Part shown: positions 42,664 to 48,852 of the stretch, piece after piece
Layout: every line of letters begins with the position of its first letter
Numbering within the stretch: position 1 is the stretch's first letter
Assembly: GCA_937896365.1 (NCBI GenBank)
Contig: CALBMH010000046.1
Span: 1-48,852 of the forward strand
Source: an uncultured Alphaproteobacteria bacterium
Lineage (GTDB): Bacteria > Pseudomonadota > Alphaproteobacteria > Paracaedibacterales > JAKBAR01
Reading direction: 5' to 3'
Length of the DNA: 48,852 nucleotides
Translations under genes and position numbers: made by a program
Notes under the pieces: generated by a model
Seen by the model: only the letters and a program-made list of their open reading frames with translations
Database searches by the model: none
What the model was told of the DNA's origin: nothing

Positions 42664-44412
42664 TCAATGTTTGTAATCCACTGTTTTCTTTAGTGTCCTT
42701 TGATTCATACTGACGGATATGTCCTTAATTGATCCGATTATTTTTCCCTGATGATCCAGAAGGGTTGCGTTTTCATCAAACATGGCTCCTTTTTTGATAA
42801 GGGATGATACTCCGTATTTAAGGTTTTCAGGTTTAGGTGCATAGTGTCCGCTATTGGTGTTCATCATGATAATCGCATTGTTTTTAAACTGAATTTCTCC
42901 TGCACAAAGAGCATTAGCGCCACCAAGAATAATTGAGTGGATCACACGATTATTAAAATCATTAAAAGGGATTTTGTACGTATCAATAGCAAGTTGTTCA
43001 ATTTTTTCTATTTGCTGCTTCACCAAATCAGGGGCGCTGCTTACACTTGATCTCGCACCGGTGTGAATATAGAGTTGGCCGCGTTCATCAATGGCATAGA
43101 GATAAAGACCATCAAGAACTTTCCCTTCATCGTCTTTGAACACTTTATGATAAGGGATCTTATTTTTAAATAGCACGTGCATATCTTTTAGGGGGATAAG
43201 GCGACGTGGGTCAACCGTCATACTAAAGGTAGGTTTATCCTCTAGCCAAAGGAAATAAGCGAATTTCGACGATGTTTTTGCATAGTCTTTATACTCCATT
43301 ACGTCTGAACGCTTTGCTGGATCAAGGTCTACGGGGATGTCCTGCACCACTTTTGATCGGATGACTTTGTCGTGTTTTTTGTCCATGTTTTTAAACAGCG
43401 TGGCTTTTTCAGAATCTCGTCTTCTTTCAATCTTCTCAGTGGCCATCAGCTTCATTAGATAAGAGGCTTTGGCCTTTGCATTGTTTTTCAGGAGATTTAG
43501 TGTGTAAAACTGTGCTGGGTTGAGCTTTTCTGTTATTTCTTTGCTGAGCAAAAGGTGCTCTGCCTCATCAGCAATGTTGAAGAGTGCATGACTACGCTCC
43601 ACAAGCAGTTCTTTGTTTGTCTTGTCAAGTTGATGGTAATCCTGAACGTGTGCTTTTAAACTTGAGAAGGCAGGCGTGTGGGGTAGACGACCCAAAGCAG
43701 CCTGAGCTATTTTTGAAGCAAACTGTGAATGGGTCTTTAAAAATTCAGGAGACACAGGGCGTTTGGGGCCAAAATAAAATCCTACGGGCGCAATATCATA
43801 CCAAATACGCTCCGGCGTCCACTGTGGTAGAAAACACCGATTATCAACGCACACAATTCCCATATCATGCACTGTATCAAAGTCCTCTTGGTAGGCTTTC
43901 AGGTACTTTATGCGCTCCTCCATCAAGGATTTTAAGATGGTATAGGTATAATAAAACTTCCATTCAAAAAGTGCAGAGAAAGGAGGATTATTGGCGAGGA
44001 TTTTTTCAATGGACCATGAGTTACTCATCCTTTCATGCTCTAAATGGCTGCTACTGTCAATAAAATCCTGTTCTCTCATAAAGTTCTCATAAGTTTCAAT
44101 TTCAAAGGATGCTGGCTTCATGATTTTTATAAAGGACAATGACTCAAAAAAATCCTCATATCCCTGGAAAAGTCCATTAAGTGGCTGCAGATTTTTTTGG
44201 TTTAACCCGTGACTGGGATGCCAGTTTTTGAGAGTCGCTAAAAATATGTTGTCTTTATCTTTCGGCGTTGGGGATTTCATCACAGCCTCATACAAGGCCG
44301 ATGGCCACCATTCATACTGTTCGACGCCTTTGTAGGTATAATCCGAAGCGTAGGCATGCACCATTAACATGATGGCGAAGCTTGGTGGTGCTAGAACTGA
44401 CTTGAAAGACAT
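42664..44412 (-). CDS. Hypothetical, probably secreted protein with C-terminal IQM-like / SGHY domain (candidate effector or toxin)
   Basis: Signal-like MSFKSVLAPPSFAIMLMVHAYA. C-terminal LDP.KR...FAYFLWLE...YLYAID...LYI...IHSIILGG...AGEI....I....TNSGHY.P..ENL. Confidence 0.7.
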   Translation of the reverse strand: MSFKSVLAPPSFAIMLMVHAYASDYTYKGVEQYEWWPSALYEAVMKSPTPKDKDNIFLATLKNWHPSHGLNQKNLQPLNGLFQGYEDFFESLSFIKIMKPASFEIETYENFMREQDFIDSSSHLEHERMSNSWSIEKILANNPPFSALFEWKFYYTYTILKSLMEERIKYLKAYQEDFDTVHDMGIVCVDNRCFLPQWTPERIWYDIAPVGFYFGPKRPVSPEFLKTHSQFASKIAQAALGRLPHTPAFSSLKAHVQDYHQLDKTNKELLVERSHALFNIADEAEHLLLSKEITEKLNPAQFYTLNLLKNNAKAKASYLMKLMATEKIERRRDSEKATLFKNMDKKHDKVIRSKVVQDIPVDLDPAKRSDVMEYKDYAKTSSKFAYFLWLEDKPTFSMTVDPRRLIPLKDMHVLFKNKIPYHKVFKDDEGKVLDGLYLYAIDERGQLYIHTGARSSVSSAPDLVKQQIEKIEQLAIDTYKIPFNDFNNRVIHSIILGGANALCAGEIQFKNNAIIMMNTNSGHYAPKPENLKYGVSSLIKKGAMFDENATLLDHQGKIIGSIKDISVSMNQRTLKKTVDYKH

Positions 44413-44620
44413 AGGCAAACCCAAAATCTTAAATGATATATTATTTTCAAATATAGAGTAAAAATTGTTAATAAATGATTGATAAAATATAGTAACGCCT
44501 AGGATAAGAGTTATTCTTCGATAAAAAAAGCGTGACAGGATAAGGGAGAGGGGCAGAAGAGGTAAGAACAAAAAAATATTGAGCCTTAGACTATTTTCGA
44601 CTAATGTCTCAGTATATTTT

Positions 44621-44711
44621 GGAGAGGTGGCCGAGTGGTCGAAGGCGCACGATTGGAAATCGTGTATACGCTAATCCCGTATCGAGGGTTCGAATCCCTC
44701 TCTCTCCGCCA
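44621..44711 (+). tRNA. tRNA-Ser(GGA)
   Basis: Anticodon arm CACGA-TTGGAAA-TCGTG, long variable arm, CCA. Confidence 0.97.
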
Positions 44712-44811
44712 GTTTACAACGCTCGAACTTTTTGGGCGTCATTTTTCAAGTTCACAAACCACCCTCAGAACCCCAGTATTCATAGGCTTTAGAGCCTTTT
44801 AGTCGTCCGAC

Positions 44812-44919
44812 ACATGCGTACCTAGAGAATCGCAAAATCACCGATTTCACCCCAAAATCTCTCTTTTTACTCTCCGTTTCTCCGTTAGATGCGAACGTCG
44901 GTCGTCAAGGTACGCATGT
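44812..44919. repeat. 12-bp perfect inverted repeat
   Basis: ACATGCGTACCT (44812-44823) and AGGTACGCATGT (44908-44919). Confidence 0.8.
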
Positions 44920-44991
44920 CCAGAACCCTTGAATTTACTGGGTTTTTATAAAACTGGTCTCGAGGTTCGTTATTGGGGCGGAGAATGGCGC

Positions 44992-45014
44992 ATGTACCCG
45001 CAGAGCGAGATTTT
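44992..45014 (+). repeat. 23-bp direct repeat, copy 1
   Basis: ATGTACCCGCAGAGCGAGATTTT; 22/23 identical to 46469-46491. Confidence 0.9.
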
Positions 45015-45061
45015 GATAAAAAGTACTTGCTTTTTTGTCGATTTTCATGTTTACTGAAGTA

Positions 45062-45154
45062 ATGAAATACGCACGCACAAACAAAATTTTTCGATTTAGC
45101 GGCCTCTTGAACCGATCCGGGTTTCAAGGGCATGGCGTATTTTTATCTAATTAA
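45062..45154 (+). CDS. Putative leader peptide (uORF), 30 aa with 4 Phe
   Basis: MKYARTNKIFRFSGLLNRSGFQGHGVFLSN*. Starts about 6 nt after a TTGCTT-17-TTTACT promoter-like element, so possibly leaderless. Confidence 0.3.
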   Translation: MKYARTNKIFRFSGLLNRSGFQGHGVFLSN

Positions 45155-45180
45155 AATTCCCCAATCCTGTCTTCTGAAAT

Positions 45181-45268
45181 CTTCTCGGCTCGGTCAAGAG
45201 GCGAACTTTGAATTTGTTTCGCATTATCGACATCGGTAATGCCTCTAACCAACTTTAAAGCCGAGAGG
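45181..45268 (+). promoter_or_regulatory. Structured cis-regulatory RNA sequestering the SD of the PheS-like gene
   Basis: CTTCTCGGCT pairs with AGCCGAGAGG (covers the SD). Inner helices AGAGGC/GCCTCT, GCGAA/TTCGC and GCATTATCG/CGGTAATGC. Confidence 0.6.
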
Positions 45269-45274
45269 TAAAAA

Positions 45275-46408
45275 ATGACTATCAAAAAAATCAGTATGGA
45301 GCAACTGAGATATGCTCTGAATTTACGTGACTTATCTAATCCAAAGGATGGACATCATGCTATACAGCTTTTGATGCAGGCTATCTTAAAAGCCCTTGAA
45401 GATGCCTGGGAATGTAATATCAAAATTCACAGAGAAAGCCCCATTGTCTCAATTGCAGATAACTACGACCGATTGAATTACCCGAAAGATGGCGCCTCCA
45501 GAAATGTGAGATATACCCGCTATGTCTGCGATACTGCGCTACTGAGAACGCAGGCTTCGGCTATGGTGCCTAATGCCATGCAAGAAATTTCCGATAATAT
45601 GCCAGGCGATGTTTTGATTGCATTACCAGGGTTGACTTATCGCAGGGACTGCGTAGACCGTATTCACTCCGCAGAACCTCACCATCTTGATCTGTGGCGT
45701 TTAAAAAAGGACAGTAAGCTAAACGATAATGACTTGATAGAAATGATTACACTCTGGATGGACGCGGTTTTGCCTGGGATAAAATGGAAAGTTACACCGA
45801 GCCAGCATCCTTACACGCTTAACGGTGTGCAGATTGATGCGCTGTGGAACGAAGAATGGATTGAGATCGGAGAATGCGGTTTGGCTCATCCCGAAATTAT
45901 CAAAGCAAATATTGCCAATTCTGAAGGAATATCCGGCTTAGCTATGGGGTTAGGTCTCGACAGAATTCTAATGGTGAAAAAGAATATTCCAGATATTCGA
46001 TTGATTCGCTCAACTGATCCCCGTGTTCTAGATCAGATGAATGATTTAGCGCCATATAAGCCAGTTTCGTCTATGCCACCAGTCACACGCGATTTATCAA
46101 TTGTTTTGGATGACCACATCAATGATGATGATATTGGTGATGTTGTACGGGAATCTTTAGGTGAAACCTCTGACATTGTGGAAGTTGTGAAAACAATGTC
46201 AGAAACCGCATATGAAGAATTACCCGATCAAGCAAAAAAACGGCTTGGAATTCAACCCGGACAAAAGAACATTTTACTGAGAGTAATTTTGCGCGATTTA
46301 GGTAGAACGCTTACCACCGAAGAATGTAATCAATATCGAGACATTATATACGCTGCTCTCCACAAAGGCACAGAGTGGCATTGGGCATCAAAAGAACCTG
46401 ATAAATAA
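45275..46408 (+). CDS. srmL: Monomeric PheS-related ligase (PheRS-alpha catalytic core plus C-terminal FDX-ACB), resembling the 'PheS-related mystery ligase SrmL' family
   Basis: NYD.L..P....SR...T.Y....LLRTQ.SA, motif 2 GLTYRRD.VDRIH, EIGECGLAHP, motif 3 GLAMGLGLDRILM, FDX-ACB PPVTRDLSIV...YR/LR...RTLT.EE. Family name recalled, not searched. Confidence 0.85.
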   Translation: MTIKKISMEQLRYALNLRDLSNPKDGHHAIQLLMQAILKALEDAWECNIKIHRESPIVSIADNYDRLNYPKDGASRNVRYTRYVCDTALLRTQASAMVPNAMQEISDNMPGDVLIALPGLTYRRDCVDRIHSAEPHHLDLWRLKKDSKLNDNDLIEMITLWMDAVLPGIKWKVTPSQHPYTLNGVQIDALWNEEWIEIGECGLAHPEIIKANIANSEGISGLAMGLGLDRILMVKKNIPDIRLIRSTDPRVLDQMNDLAPYKPVSSMPPVTRDLSIVLDDHINDDDIGDVVRESLGETSDIVEVVKTMSETAYEELPDQAKKRLGIQPGQKNILLRVILRDLGRTLTTEECNQYRDIIYAALHKGTEWHWASKEPDK

Positions 46409-46427
46409 TTGCTAGATACGCGCTAGC

Positions 46428-46461
46428 TCTCACTCTGAAGTATTGTTCTCTGAGGGTGAGA
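46428..46461 (+). terminator. Stem-loop downstream of the PheS-like gene
   Basis: TCTCACTCT pairs with AGGGTGAGA (one G:U), preceded by a GCTAG/CTAGC hairpin at 46411-46427. Confidence 0.35.
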
Positions 46462-46468
46462 TCGTTGT

Positions 46469-46491
46469 ATGTACCCGCAGAACGAGATTTT
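46469..46491 (+). repeat. 23-bp direct repeat, copy 2
   Basis: ATGTACCCGCAGAACGAGATTTT, followed immediately by CTGCTG-17-TAAAAT with an extended -10 TG. Confidence 0.9.
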
Positions 46492-46618
46492 TCTGCTGAA
46501 ATACACCTAATGTGGTAAAATTATACTAGGGAATCCTTAGGTTAATCAGTGAGTTATTTGGTTAAATGATGGTTCATTTCAGGTTCTGTGAGGGCTATAA
46601 ATAAAATGAGGATACAGT

Positions 46619-47128
46619 ATGCAAGTAGAAGTAGTTAAAGCCACCATAGAACAGAAGCCCGTGCTGGCTAATCTATTAGAATTATACGCTTATGACTTCA
46701 CAGAATTTTGTGACTTTGATCTTGGTGACGATGGTTTTTATGGATATGAGCGCCTGCCTTTGTATTGGACAGAGTCAAATCGCTTTCCCTATTTGATTTA
46801 CGTTGACAAGAAAATAGCTGGGTTTATCTTGGTGCAAAAGGGATCGCCCATTTCAGATGATACAACGGTTTGGGATATTTCTGAATTTTTTGTCATGAAA
46901 AAATATAAGCGGCACGGTGTTGGTACTGCAGCTGTTTTGAAGATATGGGAGCAATTTAAAGGCCCATGGCAAGTCAGGGTATTGGTGAGCAATCCAATAG
47001 CTTGTTCATTTTGGTTACGGGCCATTAAAAATTTTACTTTAGAAGCCCCTGCTAAAACTGAGGCAACGATTAAAGAAGAGGACTGGATTATTTACACATT
47101 TGAATCAAAAGATAGGAGCAGCCTATGA
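46619..47128 (+). CDS. GNAT family N-acetyltransferase
   Basis: LANLLELY.YDF.EF, ISEFFVMKKYKRHGVG acetyl-CoA motif, N..A..FW. GAGGA RBS. Confidence 0.9.
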   Translation: MQVEVVKATIEQKPVLANLLELYAYDFTEFCDFDLGDDGFYGYERLPLYWTESNRFPYLIYVDKKIAGFILVQKGSPISDDTTVWDISEFFVMKKYKRHGVGTAAVLKIWEQFKGPWQVRVLVSNPIACSFWLRAIKNFTLEAPAKTEATIKEEDWIIYTFESKDRSSL

Positions 47129-47895
47129 ACGCTCCATTAACAAATTTATACCGCCAAGCCGAAGACTATTTTTTCAGAGGCATTTCCTCAAAATGTTTGG
47201 ATCTGGACGACGGTGCTCATGCTTATATGACCGGTGGCGCGGAACTCAATTTTATTTACATTACACGAAACACAAACGCTCTGGATAAAATTTTAATCCA
47301 AGGCAAGCAGTTTTTCGACCAGGATAACCGTTCTTTTGATGTGATCATTCCACAAGAATTATGCAGGTCTCAAATAGCAGATGTTTTAAACACCATGGGT
47401 TACCCTCAGAAAAGCAAATCCGTTTCAATGGTTGTGGACCTAGATAGATTTGCAATGGACAAAACTGCGAGTTTTGATTCTGAAACTATGGTCAAACCGA
47501 ATGATGATCAATTAAATGACTGGATGATTCCATTGATAGGCGCATTTGAATCAACGATTGAAATTTGTAGGGTCTATGCAGGCACCCATGATAATGCTTT
47601 AAAACGGAATCTTAATCTTCGCCATTTCAGCTTATACAAACAGGAGCAACCAATAGCATCAATCACCCTATCAATGTGTGACAACACCATTGGAAGGATA
47701 GACGACGTGGGCACTCTGCCTGCGTTTCAAGGCAAAGGCTATGCAAGCACGCTCATGCGTTACGTATTATTAGAAGCAAAAAAATTAGGCGCTCGTCATT
47801 GCTTTTTGGAATCATCTGATTCAGGACTTGGAGTCTACCAAAAACTTGGGTTTGAGACCCTCTTTAAAAACAATATTTATTCGAGAGAAAAATGA
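47125..47895 (+). CDS. GNAT family N-acetyltransferase
   Basis: IDDVGTLPAFQGKGYA motif A, VYQKLGF. ATGA overlap with the upstream GNAT. Confidence 0.9.
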   Translation: MNAPLTNLYRQAEDYFFRGISSKCLDLDDGAHAYMTGGAELNFIYITRNTNALDKILIQGKQFFDQDNRSFDVIIPQELCRSQIADVLNTMGYPQKSKSVSMVVDLDRFAMDKTASFDSETMVKPNDDQLNDWMIPLIGAFESTIEICRVYAGTHDNALKRNLNLRHFSLYKQEQPIASITLSMCDNTIGRIDDVGTLPAFQGKGYASTLMRYVLLEAKKLGARHCFLESSDSGLGVYQKLGFETLFKNNIYSREK

Positions 47896-47920
47896 GTTCT
47901 GATATTGCGGTACACAGACC

Positions 47921-48852
47921 ATGCTAATAAAACCTGATCTCAAAGACGAAGAAATTATTGCGTGTTTGCGGGATGCATATGGGCTGACTATAGAAAAAGT
48001 AGTATTTTTGCCACTTGGTGCCGATTTCAACACAGCTGTTTATCGCATTACAACAAGTAACCAAACAGATTACTTCTTAAAATTAAGGAGCGGTAAATTT
48101 TTAGAGGCTTCGGTATCGGTGCCAAAATACTTGGCTGATATGGGTATCAAGCAAGTAATCCCACCTCTTGCAACCAATACAGGGCAACTTTGGACAAGTT
48201 TGGCATCCTTCAAGGCAATTCTGTACCCTTATGTGGAGGGGCATAATGGCATTGACACCAAACTATCAGAAGATCAGTGGGCTCAATTTGGGGTGGCCAT
48301 TAAAAAGCTTCATGAGATCGATATTCCTGCATCAATAACAAAAGATGTACCACGAGAGACGTTCTCTTCCAAATGGCGAGAAACCGTCAAAGCATTTCTT
48401 ATGCGCATTGAACGTGAGGTTTTTGAAGAGCCTGTTGCTGTAAAAATGGCATTGTTTCTAAAATCCAAAAGGTGCGAAATACTTAAACTTGTTGAGCGCG
48501 CTGAAGAGCTTGCGCTCGCAATCCAAAAACAGCCCATCGACTATGTTTTATGCCACGCTGATATGCATGGCTGGAACCTGTTTGTTGATAAAGAAAACGC
48601 TCTTTATATTGTTGACTGGGATACGCTCATCTTTGCCCCCGTCGAGCGTGATTTGATGTTTATCGGCGCTGGTATTTGGGATAGTGGCCTGACAGCCGCC
48701 GAAGAAGAATCACTATTTTATCAGGGCTATGGCCAAACAAAGATAAATCAAGATGTGATGGCCTACTATCGTTTTGAACGTATTATTCAGGACATCGGCG
48801 ACTATTGTGAATACATCTTTCTGTCTGATGAAGGTGGTGACGATCGTATGCA
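47921..48852 (+). CDS. Aminoglycoside/spectinomycin phosphotransferase, APH(9)-like (3' truncated by the window; absent from the ORF track)
   Basis: Manual translation: MLIKPDLKDEEIIACLRDAYG...LGAD...YFLKLR...YVLCHADMHGWN...YIVDWD...APVERDLMFIG...FYQGYG...YYRFERIIQDI. Motif layout matches Legionella APH(9)-Ia as recalled. Confidence 0.88.
   Translation, partial: MLIKPDLKDEEIIACLRDAYGLTIEKVVFLPLGADFNTAVYRITTSNQTDYFLKLRSGKFLEASVSVPKYLADMGIKQVIPPLATNTGQLWTSLASFKAILYPYVEGHNGIDTKLSEDQWAQFGVAIKKLHEIDIPASITKDVPRETFSSKWRETVKAFLMRIEREVFEEPVAVKMALFLKSKRCEILKLVERAEELALAIQKQPIDYVLCHADMHGWNLFVDKENALYIVDWDTLIFAPVERDLMFIGAGIWDSGLTAAEEESLFYQGYGQTKINQDVMAYYRFERIIQDIGDYCEYIFLSDEGGDDRM

Larger units (their letters stand above)
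44712..48852. mobile_element. Left part of a putative genomic island at tRNA-Ser(GGA); no integrase within the window
   Basis: Repeat-rich non-coding DNA directly after the tRNA, then accessory resistance-type genes. Confidence 0.6.

Noticed and set aside
43685-43725. IQ calmodulin-binding motif (FASKIAQAALGR) in the IQM-like protein
   Set aside because: Does not fit the IQxxxRGxxxR pattern.
44974-44988. Inverted 8-bp match (GGCGGAGA) to the tRNA-Ser 3' end as an att site
   Set aside because: Too short and in the wrong orientation for a tRNA-derived direct att duplication.
47906-47914. TGCGGTACA as an inverted copy of the 23-bp repeat
   Set aside because: Short, needs a gap, and flanks do not match.

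Overview
Alphaproteobacterial chromosome segment. The compact, shuffled gene order suggests a host-associated Holosporales/Caedimonadales-like organism (inference). About 1-42.7 kb is core genome: a partial PAS histidine kinase, yqgE, divergent fliI/ctrA, cell-wall enzymes, tsaD, gltX, gltA, glnA, acpP-fabF, obgE, alr, a complete chemotaxis operon (STAS-cheY-cheA-cheW-mcp-cheR-cheD-cheB), xseB, ispB, fliC-fliD-fliS, rnd and lptD. The window has five tRNA genes, several CtrA-type TTAA-N7-TTAA boxes, a sigma54-type promoter before fliC, and a DnaA-box cluster (candidate oriC) at about 17.9-18.3 kb. The right end is accessory. A probably secreted protein with a plant/fungal IQM-like 'H..G..AG..SGHY.P' domain sits between tRNA-Gly and tRNA-Ser. 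After tRNA-Ser(GGA) an island carries a monomeric PheS-like ligase with an altered amino-acid pocket, two GNATs and an APH(9)-like kinase. The ligase has a long structured leader with uORFs, an SD-sequestering stem and a GAA-centred loop resembling the tRNA-Phe anticodon. Each island unit begins with the same 23-bp direct repeat. All family assignments come from motif recognition by eye; no searches were run.
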